Source: an uncultured delta proteobacterium
Lineage (GTDB): Bacteria; Desulfobacterota; Binatia; UBA9968
Direction: 5' to 3'
Length of the DNA stretch: 64,000 nucleotides
Assembly: GCA_963816145.1 (NCBI GenBank)
Contig: CAWFJP010000030.1
Location: 352,001 to 416,000 of the forward strand
Shown: positions 38,743 to 49,248 of the stretch, one piece after another
How positions within the stretch are numbered: position 1 is the stretch's first letter
How the letters are laid out: each line of letters starts with the position of its first letter
The notes under the pieces: model-generated
Seen by the model: the letters and a program-made list of their open reading frames with translations, nothing else
Told to the model about the DNA's origin: nothing
Database searches by the model: none
Program-made: the position numbers and the translations under genes

Positions 38743-38778
38743 ATTCGTCGAATCCGTCTTATCGGTCCTATCCGTTCC
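38743..38778. repeat. Degenerate 9-mer tandem repeat
   Basis: attcgtcga atccgtctt atcggtcct atccgttcc. Confidence 0.4.
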
Positions 38779-38947
38779 ATTCCTCCTACTCGATAGCACG
38801 GCCTTGGCCACCCCGAACCGCCGAAACCAAGCGAGGCGCCGATCAAAGCCCAAGTCGGCAACTGCTCGTTCACCGGCACCATCATTCAATGATCGACAGC
38901 GCGGAGAAAGTGAGCGTCGGCAACAAATAGCTTAGGAGCCAATCGTT

Positions 38948-39811
38948 ATGACGGATTCCGTCCTCAAACCCACCGGACTAGTGCACGGCCATACCGAAGT
39001 CCGATTTCTCAACGACACGATCCCCGTGCTCACCAGAGTCCTGGGGCTCGATCTGCTCGAACGGCACGATCGTGAAGCGGTTTTGAAACATCCCAACACC
39101 GGCTGGAAGCTGATCGTCCACGAAGGCGGTGCCGCGGTCAAAAACAAACCCGAGCGTAATCACTACGGCGTGCGCGTGGCGAATAACGAACAAGTCGATC
39201 ACGCTTATCGATATTTGCTCGCCAACAAAGAAACCCTCGGCCTCACCAAAGTCGTCAAGCGCAAGGAGCGCGCCGGCTCCTACTCGATGTTTTTCGTCGA
39301 ACCCGGCGGCAATTACTGGGAGATCGAGTCCTATGAGAATCGCCACAAGGCGGGCCTCCCCTACGAAGTCGCCTATCCGTGGAAGACGGTTCGCACCGAA
39401 GAACGCCTGCCAGGATGCGGCTACATCCCGCAGGCGCTGACCCATGGCACCATGGAGTGCACCGACTTGCAGGCGTCAAAGAAGTTCTATCAGCGAGGAC
39501 TGGGCCTCGATGTCATCACCCATGTGCCGACCATCGAACCCCATGACGTGAAACATCCAACCACCGCCTGGTACGTCGTCAGCTTGGAAGTGCCGCCGAA
39601 AAACAAACACTATTTAACCCCGTTGCAGCGCTACACCGTCGCCGTCGAGACGCCTGCCGCACTCGCCGAAGCCCATCGAGAATTCACCGCACGCAAGGAC
39701 GAGTTTGGCCTGACCGCAATCGAATCGATTCAAGAGAGCGGCGCCGGACAGTCCTTTCAGATCTGCGACCTCGATCGCAACTGGTGGGAAGTCGCCTACA
39801 TTACAAATTAG
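38948..39811 (+). CDS. VOC (glyoxalase/dioxygenase) family protein, two-domain
   Basis: HGH...HYG...EPGGNYWE and HG...DLDRNWWE; RBS AGGAG. Confidence 0.85.
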   Translation: MTDSVLKPTGLVHGHTEVRFLNDTIPVLTRVLGLDLLERHDREAVLKHPNTGWKLIVHEGGAAVKNKPERNHYGVRVANNEQVDHAYRYLLANKETLGLTKVVKRKERAGSYSMFFVEPGGNYWEIESYENRHKAGLPYEVAYPWKTVRTEERLPGCGYIPQALTHGTMECTDLQASKKFYQRGLGLDVITHVPTIEPHDVKHPTTAWYVVSLEVPPKNKHYLTPLQRYTVAVETPAALAEAHREFTARKDEFGLTAIESIQESGAGQSFQICDLDRNWWEVAYITN

Positions 39812-39953
39812 CACGGCGACGGCAATTAACGATGAGGATAGCCAATCTTAGCTCTGGATTTAAACAAAAATGGTGGAGATTGCCTGCCCCACCGTCATTT
39901 AGGCGGAACCCGGAACGACCAAGCGAATCTCATTTTCTTAGGAGAACTGAATC

Positions 39954-40591
39954 ATGAATATCCATCACATCGACAACAAAAAAACCGCCCTGCTGTTCTT
40001 CGACATGCTCAACGTCTACTTCCACGGCGATTCCCGGAAGAAAAGCAAAAAGCCTTGAAACCGGTGGTCGACAATGCCGTGCGCTTGATGAACGCCGCGC
40101 GCCAGGCCGGCATCCTGATCTACTACGCCATGGCCAATCACCGCGCCGACGGCCATAGCCGCTATATGGCGATCACCGACACCGACATGCGTCTGCGCCC
40201 CTGGCCCAACGACGACTGCAATCCGACCGTGCACGGCGCCACCGAAGGGTCCTGGGAGCAAAAAGTTATCGACCCGATCGCGCCCCAGCCGCAGGATTAC
40301 ATCATTCCCAAATACCGCTGGAGCACCTTTCACCAGACCTACTTCGATTTGGCGCTGCGCTCCCGCGGCATCGACACGATCATTATTTCCGGCGGTGCCG
40401 TCGACGTCGGCGTCGCCTCGACCGTCTACTCGGCCCGCGACCATGACTACAACATCGTCGTCGTCCGCGACGCGTGCAGCAATTCCCACGACGACTCCAT
40501 GGCCGCGCTCATGAACACGGTCTTTCCCCGCCTGGCCCGGGTTCGCACCACCGACCAAGTCCTGGAAATGATACAAAACGGCGCCAAGTAG
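39954..40591 (+). pseudogene. Isochorismatase-family hydrolase split by a -1 frameshift
   Basis: AGGAG then ATG 39954 gives MNIHHIDNKKTALLFFDMLNVYFHG, stopping at 40056-40058; remainder (KYRWSTF, DVGVAST, RDACS) is in the -1 frame. Confidence 0.75.
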
Positions 40592-40707
40592 TCAGGTTTG
40601 GAGCCCATAAGATTTATCGTCGTCGAACGTCTCAACTAAGCAATGGCTACTAACCAATTTTGCGTTAACGAAAATCGATCGACGCACGTATTCTTTTCAT
40701 CCTCCCC

Positions 40708-41118
40708 TTGGGAAAAGGGGGGAAGCAATCACTACAGCCACTTACTCAACAAATTGGCCGCATCACAAAGGCTTTAGTGCTTCTTGTGATTCTAACAGCG
40801 CCATCGTTCGTCCAGGCCCAGGACCTGTCTGCCCCAGAGAAGCAAAAAATCGAAGCACTGATTAGGCAAGTCGGCGATCTAAAAGAAGCCAAGTTCGTCC
40901 GCAACGGCTCCACCTATGAGCCGGCAACCGCGGTGCGTTTCATGCGCGGCAAGTGGGACGCCAACTTGTCCGACGTCAAATCCGCCCGCGATTTCATCGA
41001 CAAGGTCGCTACTATTTCAGGAACCTCTGGCAAACCGTATCTCATCCGCTTCAAAGACGGCAAAGAAATCCCCAGCCGTGAATTTCTCCTGACCGAGCTG
41101 AAAAAACTCGAATCTTAA
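40708..41118 (+). CDS. DUF5329/YfeK-like exported protein
   Basis: Signal-like segment, FVRNGS, FIDKVAT.SGTSGKPY; start likely downstream of 40708. Confidence 0.72.
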   Translation: MGKGGKQSLQPLTQQIGRITKALVLLVILTAPSFVQAQDLSAPEKQKIEALIRQVGDLKEAKFVRNGSTYEPATAVRFMRGKWDANLSDVKSARDFIDKVATISGTSGKPYLIRFKDGKEIPSREFLLTELKKLES

Positions 41119-41207
41119 ATCGCCAGTACTCGAATAAGCTTCGCTCCCGTTGAACCAAGTCGTCACCGCCATCCGCCGGGGCACTGCTCTTGCTCCGATG
41201 ATTAACG

Positions 41208-41753
41208 GTGCGTTTCAGAAGTTCAATTCTCCCAAACCTGCTCGCAGTTCTCTTCCTGAGCGCCAGCGTTGCCGCGCAACTTGACCCGCATACGGGTATT
41301 CCAGAGACATCGAAAGAGTCCGTCGAATCAAGCTCCAATAAGCGCTTCGTCGTCCGCGTCATCGACGGCGACACAATCGTCGTCAGCCCGAACGAAAAAG
41401 TTCGCTTGATCGGCGTCGATACACCGGAAACCGTCCATCCGAATAAGATGGTCGCCTGCTTCGGCAAGGAAGCCAAACAATTCACCCGCGATGCCGTGGA
41501 AGGGAAAACCATCAGATTGGTCATGGACACAGTCAACGCTAAGCGCCGGCATAAAGACCGCTACGGCCGCACACTCGCCTACGCTTATCTCCCCGACGGC
41601 AAGATGCTGAACGCCGAACTGATCCGCCAAGGCTATGCCCACGCCTATACTCGCTTCTCGTTTCGCTACCTTGTAGAATTTAAGCAATTGGAGCGGCAGG
41701 CCAGAATCCAAACGGTCGGTCTCTGGTCAAGCTGCTCGTTGAACGAACCATAA
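41208..41753 (+). CDS. Thermonuclease (SNase) family protein
   Basis: VIDGDT, RLIGVDTPE, DRYGRTLAY. Confidence 0.9.
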   Translation: MRFRSSILPNLLAVLFLSASVAAQLDPHTGIPETSKESVESSSNKRFVVRVIDGDTIVVSPNEKVRLIGVDTPETVHPNKMVACFGKEAKQFTRDAVEGKTIRLVMDTVNAKRRHKDRYGRTLAYAYLPDGKMLNAELIRQGYAHAYTRFSFRYLVEFKQLERQARIQTVGLWSSCSLNEP

Positions 41754-41772
41754 TCTTGGGAGGAATTGTCAG

Positions 41773-42114
41773 ATGCCGATTGTGCTCCGTACCGCTCTGC
41801 TACTCACAGCTTCGAACGTTTTTATGACCTTTGCCTGGTACGGGCATCTCAAAAACTTGAGCAACCGGCCATGGTACATCGCCGCGCTGATCAGCTGGGG
41901 CATCGCCTGCTTTGAATACTTGCTCCAAGTTCCCGCCAACCGTCTCGGCCACACGCAGATGAGCCTTCCCCAGCTCAAGATCATACAGGAAGTCATCACA
42001 CTCTCGGTCTTCGCGCCGTTCGCCGTGTTCTACATGAACGAACCGCTCAAATGGGATTATCTTTGGGCCGGGGTATGTTTGTTGGGCGCGGTATATTTCG
42101 TGTTTCGCTCGTAG
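41773..42114 (+). CDS. DMT family small membrane protein (DUF486)
   Basis: SNVFMTFAWYGHLK, QVPANR, QLKIIQEVITL. Confidence 0.88.
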   Translation: MPIVLRTALLLTASNVFMTFAWYGHLKNLSNRPWYIAALISWGIACFEYLLQVPANRLGHTQMSLPQLKIIQEVITLSVFAPFAVFYMNEPLKWDYLWAGVCLLGAVYFVFRS

Positions 42115-42156
42115 AAACGGAACTCAGCCGGGATAATATCTCATTCGAAGCCTGAG

Positions 42157-43098
42157 CTACCCTTCGTGATTCTCCAAATACCTCTCCGCATCTATCGCCG
42201 CCATGCAGCCGCTGCCGGCGGCGGTAATCGCTTGGCGGTAAACATGGTCCTGGACATCGCCGCAGGCAAAGACACCGGGGATGTTGGTCTTGGTGCCATC
42301 GTGGGTGAAGATGTATCCGGTCGGATCTAGATCGAGCTGGCCGACGAACAGTTTAGAATTGGGTTCATGGCCGATGGCGATGAATAGGCCGTCGCATTTG
42401 AAGTCGGAAGTCTTGCCGGTTTTTAGGTTTTTGAACTTCAGTCCGGTCACGCCGCCGGCTTTGGGATCGCCGTAGACCTCTTCCACTGCGGTGTCCCAGA
42501 CAAAAGCTATTTTCGGATTTTTCTCGGCGCGTTCTTGCATGATCTTCGAAGCGCGCAGTTGATCGCGACGATGGACGACGGTTACTTTGCTGGCGAACTT
42601 GGTGAGAAACGTCGCCTCTTCCATCGCCGTGTCACCGCCGCCGACGACTACCAACTCTTTATCTTTGAAGAAAAAACCGTCGCAAGTGGCGCATGCCGAG
42701 ACGCCGTGGCCCATGAGTTTCATCTCGGATTCCAAGCCCAAAAGCTTGGCCGTCGCGCCCGTGGCGACAATCAACGTGTCGCAAGTGTAAATTTCTTTAC
42801 TGGCGGTGATTTTAAATGGCCGTTGTTTCAAATCGACGGCGGTCACTTCGCCGAAAAACGTTTCGGTGCCGAAACGTAGCGCCTGCTTCTTAAACTCCTC
42901 CATCAGCTCGGGCCCCATGATGCCCTTGGGAAAGCCGGGGAAATTCTCAACGTCAGTGGTAATAGTCAATTGCCCGCCAGGCTGCGAACCTTCGATGACC
43001 AATGGTTGGAGATTAGCGCGGGCAGCGTAGATCGCCGCGGTGAGGCCTGCGGCGCCGGAGCCAAGTATGATGACACGGTAGTGTCTTTGCTTATCCAT
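42157..43098 (-). CDS. trxB: Thioredoxin reductase
   Basis: GSGAAG, CATCDG, GGGDTAMEEA, RQAITAAG. Confidence 0.96.
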   Translation of the reverse strand: MDKQRHYRVIILGSGAAGLTAAIYAARANLQPLVIEGSQPGGQLTITTDVENFPGFPKGIMGPELMEEFKKQALRFGTETFFGEVTAVDLKQRPFKITASKEIYTCDTLIVATGATAKLLGLESEMKLMGHGVSACATCDGFFFKDKELVVVGGGDTAMEEATFLTKFASKVTVVHRRDQLRASKIMQERAEKNPKIAFVWDTAVEEVYGDPKAGGVTGLKFKNLKTGKTSDFKCDGLFIAIGHEPNSKLFVGQLDLDPTGYIFTHDGTKTNIPGVFACGDVQDHVYRQAITAAGSGCMAAIDAERYLENHEG

Positions 43099-43249
43099 CC
43101 GGTTTCTGTAACATAAAAAGGACGAAGCAGAAAGCAATGGCGCGCTTCAGGATAATCGAAGATCATTTCGTTTAACCAAACCTATTCTTAAATTGAGTCG
43201 ACGTCCTGAGCGAAGCAAAGGATCTCGAATCAGAACCGAAACCAAGCCT

Positions 43250-43729
43250 ATGGCAAGACTCAGTCACTTGGACGAACAAGGGCGCGCGCGTATGGTCGAC
43301 GTGAGCGAAAAGGCAGTCACCAGCCGCATCGCCACCGCCTGCGGCACCATTCAAATGCGTCCGCAAACTCTGGCGCTGATTCTCGACGACAAGATCGAAA
43401 AGGGCGATGTGTTTTCGGTCGCTCGCGTCGCCGGCATCATGGCGGCAAAAAAAACTTCCGAACTGATCCCCATGTGCCATCCACTCAACATCACCTCGGT
43501 CGAAGTCGAGCTGACGCCAGCTAATAATCCCGCCCGCGTCGACATCGAGGCCTCGGTACGCGTCAGCGGTAAAACCGGCGTCGAGATGGAAGCAATGACC
43601 GCGGTGTCAGTCGCCGGACTGACGATCTATGACATGTGCAAAGCGGTTGACCGCGAAATGACCATCGGCGAGATCCGCCTAGTCAAAAAAAGCGGCGGCA
43701 AAAGCGGCACGTTCATCAGAAAGGAATAA
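43250..43729 (+). CDS. moaC: Cyclic pyranopterin monophosphate synthase MoaC
   Basis: MVDVSEK, LIPMCHP, TGVEMEA, YDMCKA. Confidence 0.96.
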   Translation: MARLSHLDEQGRARMVDVSEKAVTSRIATACGTIQMRPQTLALILDDKIEKGDVFSVARVAGIMAAKKTSELIPMCHPLNITSVEVELTPANNPARVDIEASVRVSGKTGVEMEAMTAVSVAGLTIYDMCKAVDREMTIGEIRLVKKSGGKSGTFIRKE

Positions 43730-43847
43730 TTTTGGAAATGCGATTTTGGATTTTGGATTGTCGATGAGGCGGGGAGTTTGCGAGGATGCCCCTAGTGCAG
43801 ATACGTCCGGGATTCTAATCCAAAATCGAAAATCCAAAATCCAAAAT
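43729..43847. repeat. Inverted arrays of heptameric ATTTTGG/CCAAAAT repeats
   Basis: Left arm 43729-43759 and right arm 43817-43847 are complementary. Confidence 0.7.
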
Positions 43848-43852
43848 GACCG

Positions 43853-45028
43853 GTGTTGCATCTATTCCTCAAACCCACCCGCGACGTGCCGATCCGCCGC
43901 GGCCATCCGTGGATCTTCTCCGGCGCCATCGAGCGCTGCGAAGGCGACGATCAGGTTGTCGACGTCGCCGACATTTTCGACAACAAGAAAAACTGGATCG
44001 GCCGCGGCCTTTACAATCCCAAGTCGCAGTTGCGCGTGCGCCTGCTCACCTGGAAAAAAGAGACCATCGATCAGGGCTTCTTTGCCGCTCGCTTGTCCCA
44101 AGCCTTGGACTTTCGCAGTGAGCAACTCGGCGCGGCGAATAATGCCTACCGGCTGATTAATGGCGAGGGCGATTTTCTCCCAGGGTTGATCGTCGACCGT
44201 TACGGCGATTATTTCGTCTGCCAGTTTTATACCGCCGGCATGGAGTCGTTCAAAGAAGAGATCGTCGCCGCGTTGTCGGCGCTTGCGCCAATGACGGGCA
44301 TCTTCGAGCGCAGCGAGGGCCGGGTGCGCGAAGAAGAAGGGCTCGAAGCCGCCGTTGGTGTTCTCGCCGGCGCACCGCCGCCGGAGACGTTTGCCATCGA
44401 AGAGAACGGCCGAAAATTTCTCGTCGACATCCGCCGTGGCCAGAAAACCGGCTTCTTTCTCGATCAACGCGACAGCCGCCAGTTTCTTTCGACGCTAACC
44501 CGCGGCCGCTCGGTATTGAACTGTTTTGCCTACACCGGTGGCTTTTCGGTCCAAGCCTATGCCGGCGGTGCCAAGGAAGTCGTTACCTTCGATTCTTCCT
44601 TGCCGGCCTTGGAGCTCGCCGAGAAAAATTTGGCACTGAACGGCTACGCCGACGCGCCAGGCGAAGTCATCAAAGGCGATGCCTTCGCGTATTTGAAAGA
44701 AACCGACAGCAAATTCGACGTGATCGTCCTCGACCCGCCGTCGCTGGCACATCGGCGCGGCGACTTGGACGCCGCCACCGGCGGCTACAAGTTTTTAAAC
44801 TTGCACGCGCTCAAACATCTCAATCCCGGCGGCATCCTGTTGACCTTTTCCTGCTCGCAGCATTTGCCGAGAGAGCTGTTTCAAAAAGTCGTCTTCGGCG
44901 CCGCCGTCGACGCCGGCACAAAAGTAACCATCATCAAACAACTGGGCCATCCGATTGACCATCCGGTCAGCTTACACCACCCGGAGGGCGAGTACCTGAA
45001 AGGACTCGCGCTTCGCGTGATGGACTAA
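43853..45028 (+). CDS. rlmI: 23S rRNA m5C1962 methyltransferase RlmI-like
   Basis: PUA HPWIFSGAI, GQKTGFFLDQR, LDPP, EGEYLKG. Confidence 0.88.
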   Translation: MLHLFLKPTRDVPIRRGHPWIFSGAIERCEGDDQVVDVADIFDNKKNWIGRGLYNPKSQLRVRLLTWKKETIDQGFFAARLSQALDFRSEQLGAANNAYRLINGEGDFLPGLIVDRYGDYFVCQFYTAGMESFKEEIVAALSALAPMTGIFERSEGRVREEEGLEAAVGVLAGAPPPETFAIEENGRKFLVDIRRGQKTGFFLDQRDSRQFLSTLTRGRSVLNCFAYTGGFSVQAYAGGAKEVVTFDSSLPALELAEKNLALNGYADAPGEVIKGDAFAYLKETDSKFDVIVLDPPSLAHRRGDLDAATGGYKFLNLHALKHLNPGGILLTFSCSQHLPRELFQKVVFGAAVDAGTKVTIIKQLGHPIDHPVSLHHPEGEYLKGLALRVMD

Positions 45029-45045
45029 AACTCAACCCCCGCTGT

Positions 45046-45137
45046 TGTCACCCTAGAGCGAATGCGCAGGATATCGTTAAAGAACCTTCGCGACGAATTC
45101 CCATGAAGAGATTTCTCGGCCGCGCCTCGAAATGACA
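45046..45137. repeat. TGTCA...TGACA REP-like palindromic element
   Basis: Termini tgtcaccctagagcgaatgcg...agatttctcggccgcgcctcgaaatgaca; family members at 31583-31637, 46020 and 55602. Confidence 0.6.
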
Positions 45138-45263
45138 GAACAGAGTGTCGGCGCGCCTGGAACCCACCGACAATTTCCCTTTGAGACCTAGCTCTTACTG
45201 TGGTAGACGAATCACGCAACTGCGGGCTCTCTGACCGCGTTGACGTTGGGTCGCGAGGAGTTC

Positions 45264-45956
45264 ATGGCCTCATCGTACACCATCAAAGAATGGCCCGAAG
45301 AAGACCGGCCGCGGGAAAAACTACTCGCCAAGGGGGCGCCGGCGCTGAGCGAGACCGAGCTCCTGGCGATCATCCTGCGCAATGGCGACGCCGCGAGCGG
45401 TAACAGCGCCATCGATCATGCACGGCTTCTGCTCAATCAATTTGGCGGACTTAAGGGAATCGACGAGGCAGCGATCGCCGAACTGAGCAGCATCAAAGGC
45501 ATCGGCCCGGCCAAAGTCGCCCAGCTCAAAGCCTGCTTGGAGATCGGCAAGCGCATCGGCAGCCAAAAATGGGAGACCGGGCAGCCGCTCCAGTCCGCCG
45601 AAGATGTTTTTCACCATTTTCGCGAAACCTTGGGTCGGGAGAAGCGCGAATTTTTCTACGTCGTTCTGCTCAACAACAAAAATCGCAAGATGCGCGAGGT
45701 CAAAGTTTCCGAAGGGTCGCTGACCGCATCGCTGGTCCACCCGCGCGAAGTCTACAATCCAGTCATCCGCGAATCGGCCGCGGGCGTCATCTTCGTGCAC
45801 AATCATCCGAGCGGCGATCCGGCGCCAAGCCGCGAAGACATCGACATCACCAAGCGTTTGAAAGACGTGGGCGATGTCATGGGCGTGCGCGTGCTCGACC
45901 ATGTTGTGATCGGCCATGACCGCTACTTTAGCTTCAGCGATAAAGGCATGCTTTAA
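45264..45956 (+). CDS. radC: RadC family JAB-domain protein
   Basis: RPREKL, HhH GIGPAK, HPREV, HNHPSGD, LDHVVIG. Confidence 0.94.
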   Translation: MASSYTIKEWPEEDRPREKLLAKGAPALSETELLAIILRNGDAASGNSAIDHARLLLNQFGGLKGIDEAAIAELSSIKGIGPAKVAQLKACLEIGKRIGSQKWETGQPLQSAEDVFHHFRETLGREKREFFYVVLLNNKNRKMREVKVSEGSLTASLVHPREVYNPVIRESAAGVIFVHNHPSGDPAPSREDIDITKRLKDVGDVMGVRVLDHVVIGHDRYFSFSDKGML

Positions 45957-46019
45957 ATCGCGATTCCTGCACAATAAAATTTCCACCCATACCCAGCTTC
46001 ATCCCCGGGTCGGACAACT

Positions 46020-46046
46020 TGTCATTTCGACCGCAGGGAGAAATCT
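46020..46046. repeat. Half copy of TGTCAT REP-like element
   Basis: tgtcatttcgaccgcagggagaaatct. Confidence 0.55.
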
Positions 46047-46173
46047 CTTTCATGCAGCGCGCTATGAATCGAGATTAGCTGCTAATGCCGGGGATTTGAT
46101 TGACATCACTACCGACGGCGTTTATCTTGATTGCACTATCTCAGAGCCTTTCCAATATCTTTTAATATAAAAA

Positions 46174-47604
46174 ATGAGCGCACTTGAACTAGGCAGACCC
46201 AAAAGGAGTTTCGTCCCCGGGCGAGGCGTGATCTACGTGCTACTTTTCGCCATCGTTGCGGCTGGCGGCTATTTTCTGATTCCGCGCTTCGAGTGGCGCA
46301 AACCGCAGATCAAAATTACCCCCGACAGTGAGACCCTTGGCCTGGGATCGTTGCAGATCGAAGTCACCGATCAAGGCACCGGGTTAAAGTCGTTTTCCGC
46401 CGTGCTCACTGCCGGCGGCACCGATTACCCTTTGGCCGCCGAACAGTACACCGAACCGACACAGCAAAAAAAACTTACGGTCGCGCTGTCGTCTAAGCTC
46501 GCTGGCTTGAAGGAAGGGCCGGCGGTACTGCGGGTCAGTGCGCGCGATAATTCGTTGTGGAACCTGTTCCGTGGCAACGAGACCGTACTGCAGAAAAACA
46601 TTACCATTGACATTACCCCGCCAACCATCGAGATCATCGCCGACGACCGTTACGTCAATTTCGGCGGTGTCGGCTTGATCGTTTACAAACCTTCGCCGGA
46701 CACGGTGACGACAGGGATAAAGATCGGCAGCTACTTTTTCCCTGGCTATAAAGGGCAGATCAAGAGCCAACCCGAGCACTACATCGCCTTTTTCGCCCAT
46801 GCCTACAACGTCGGCGAGGATGAGCGTGCCACGCTGGTTGCCACCGATAAAGCCGGCAACACTAGAGAAGTACGCCTCGCTTATACGCTCAAGAACGTCA
46901 AATACAAAAAGAGCACGCTGCAGATCTCCGAGGATTTTCTCCGCAATAAAGTCACCCCTCTGGTGACCGACGTCGCCGCGCGCCAGGGAACTCCCAAAGA
47001 AATCTTCATCAAAGTAAACAAAGTGCTGCGCAAGGAAAACGAAGACAAGATCAAAGCGATCACCGAAAAGTCGACGCCGTCGATCCTTTGGCAAGGCGCC
47101 TTCAGCCAGCTCAGCAATTCCAAAGTCGAGGCCAATTTCGCCGACGCACGGACCTACATCTACAACGGAGAGGAAATCGATCAGGCCTACCATCTGGGCT
47201 ATGACCTCTCGGTCACCAAACATTACCCAGCTGAAGCGGCGAATCATGGAGTAATCGCCTTTGTCGGCGATTTGGGCATCTACGGCAACACGGTGATCAT
47301 CGACCACGGGCTCGGGTTATTCACCCTTTATTCGCATCTGAGTTCCATCGAGGTCAAAGTCGGCGACAAGGTCAAGCAGAGACAGCCCATCGGCAAGACC
47401 GGCGAAACCGGCTTTGCCGGCGGCGATCACTTGCACTTCGGCGTCTATCTTCACGGCGTCGCGATCCTGCCGGTGGAATGGTGGGATCAGAAATGGATCA
47501 AGGACAATATCCAGCCCAAACTCGACGGCCTGACCGGCGAAAGCACAGCGGAAGCGCAAGAAACCAAAACCACCCATAAGCCCGCACGCAAACGGCGCCG
47601 ATAA
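46174..47604 (+). CDS. M23 family metallopeptidase
   Basis: N-terminal TM, HLGYD, YSHLS, HLHF. Confidence 0.9.
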   Translation: MSALELGRPKRSFVPGRGVIYVLLFAIVAAGGYFLIPRFEWRKPQIKITPDSETLGLGSLQIEVTDQGTGLKSFSAVLTAGGTDYPLAAEQYTEPTQQKKLTVALSSKLAGLKEGPAVLRVSARDNSLWNLFRGNETVLQKNITIDITPPTIEIIADDRYVNFGGVGLIVYKPSPDTVTTGIKIGSYFFPGYKGQIKSQPEHYIAFFAHAYNVGEDERATLVATDKAGNTREVRLAYTLKNVKYKKSTLQISEDFLRNKVTPLVTDVAARQGTPKEIFIKVNKVLRKENEDKIKAITEKSTPSILWQGAFSQLSNSKVEANFADARTYIYNGEEIDQAYHLGYDLSVTKHYPAEAANHGVIAFVGDLGIYGNTVIIDHGLGLFTLYSHLSSIEVKVGDKVKQRQPIGKTGETGFAGGDHLHFGVYLHGVAILPVEWWDQKWIKDNIQPKLDGLTGESTAEAQETKTTHKPARKRRR

Positions 47605-47671
47605 GCTACCGCAGTGCAGCATTGGTCCGCTCTACTGTTTTTAAATATTGCGAAAAATCGGAAATTCGCCG

Positions 47672-48871
47672 TCAACTGCGCCGCTGTACCAGCAGGATAA
47701 AACAGATCAAAGACGCCATCAGGGGGAAAATCGCGATGGCGGTAACCGCGGTGGGCAGGCCGTAATTATCCGCAACGATTCCAGCCATCAACGGCGCCAA
47801 AAATGACAGTCCCATATTGGCGCCGTAGATAAGCGCAACGATACTGCCGGACAGCTGTTGCGGTGCCTCGGACATTGCCGCCGAAACGATTACTGGCCTT
47901 AGCGCCCAGAGCAGCGCGCCTAAAAGGCCCAAACCGGCAACCAAGACAATTCCCGAGCCCAAGTGCGGGATCGCCACCACCATGGCGACGCTGAGCAGGG
48001 AAAACAGCACAATCAGATAGCGATGGCCGATACGGTCGGAAACCCAACCGACCAGCGCCGGCGCCACCCCGGCACAGAGAAACAAGATCGACATATAAGC
48101 GCCGGTCAGCGCCGCCGGCAGCTTGAGGTGCAACAAGAGGTACAAAGGCAGGAACGACGCCAACGCCGTCTGGCCCATGGCGCGCAAGGTCGATACTGCG
48201 ACGAGCCCGCAGACGGTTTTGTTCTTGAGCACGTCATTCCAGATCGCCTTGCGATAGTCACGCGCGCGCGGCACCGCGAGCGTGCCTTCGGAACCTGCGA
48301 CAGCGTACAGTGCACCCACTACCAAACCCGGAATCGCCCAAAACAACAACGCAGTGCGCCAATCGAAAAAATTGAGCATCAAGCCGATCGCGAGCGGCCC
48401 GATGACTTCGCCAAGATTGGCGCTGCTGTCATGAACGCCCAGAGCAAACGCCTTCCGGGTACGATATTTCTCCGACAATATCGCCAAGGACTGTGGATGA
48501 AACCAACCACCGCCAAATCCGCCGAGCCCCATGAAAACCATCAACAGCGGGAAACTGTAGGCCGCGCTCAACCCCAGTGACGCCAAACCAATCAAGGCGA
48601 CACAGCCACCCAATAAGAGATTTCTCCGGCTCGCCAAGTCGGCTAAGAAACCCGAGGGAAAGCTCGCGACGCCAGCCATCAGCGTGCGGATCGAGGCCAG
48701 CGCGCCAGCCTGCGACATGCTCAGCCCCAACGACGCGGTGATCAGCGGCAGAATAACGCTGACCACGGCATTGAACAGATGCTCGGTCATATGCGCCGTG
48801 CAATTTGCAGCAAGCCGGCCCCAGTTAGCCACCGGCAGGCTTATAGCTTCGATATTTTCGGCTTTTGACAA
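47672..48871 (-). CDS. MFS transporter (Fsr-like)
   Basis: About 12 TMs, GFLAD, FHPQS, GWVSDRIG; start uncertain (ORF extends to 48970). Confidence 0.85.
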   Translation of the reverse strand: MSKAENIEAISLPVANWGRLAANCTAHMTEHLFNAVVSVILPLITASLGLSMSQAGALASIRTLMAGVASFPSGFLADLASRRNLLLGGCVALIGLASLGLSAAYSFPLLMVFMGLGGFGGGWFHPQSLAILSEKYRTRKAFALGVHDSSANLGEVIGPLAIGLMLNFFDWRTALLFWAIPGLVVGALYAVAGSEGTLAVPRARDYRKAIWNDVLKNKTVCGLVAVSTLRAMGQTALASFLPLYLLLHLKLPAALTGAYMSILFLCAGVAPALVGWVSDRIGHRYLIVLFSLLSVAMVVAIPHLGSGIVLVAGLGLLGALLWALRPVIVSAAMSEAPQQLSGSIVALIYGANMGLSFLAPLMAGIVADNYGLPTAVTAIAIFPLMASLICFILLVQRRS

Positions 48872-48966
48872 ACTCTCATCCTCATAAGTTTTCCCAGTTT
48901 CATATGCCGAATTGGCAATTGTCGCAAGTTCATTTGACCATCTCGGAGCAAACCCTTGACCCAGGA

Positions 48967-49191
48967 TCAATCGATCTCGACGAGTTTTTTGCGCGCTGAC
49001 CGGCCGCGGACAATCCTCACAGTGGACTTGGGAACCGCGAGGAATTCAGCCAACGCTTCGATCACAGCGCGGTTGGCTGCGCCTTCTTGGGCCGGCGCCC
49101 GAACGGTAACAAGAAACTCAGCTTCGGAAATTTTCTCGACACTGGCATGCCGAGCATTGGGCTTGACCGTGACCAAAAATTTCCGCGCCAT
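48967..49191 (-). CDS. DUF167/YggU family protein
   Basis: VKPNAR, APAQEGAAN, GRSARKK. Confidence 0.88.
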   Translation of the reverse strand: MARKFLVTVKPNARHASVEKISEAEFLVTVRAPAQEGAANRAVIEALAEFLAVPKSTVRIVRGRSARKKLVEID

Positions 49192-49248
49192 GGCTCGGAG
49201 ATTAGCGCCATTGGGCGCGTGGTCAACCCTTAAGTTGAATGGAAACGA

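Noticed and set aside
43729-43847. Repeat arrays as possible CRISPR
   Set aside because: Units are 7-9 nt without unique spacers, and there are no cas genes.
41208-45956. Thermonuclease and radC (and mazG) as a defence island
   Set aside because: They are scattered among housekeeping genes, are canonical chromosomal forms, and show no island boundaries.
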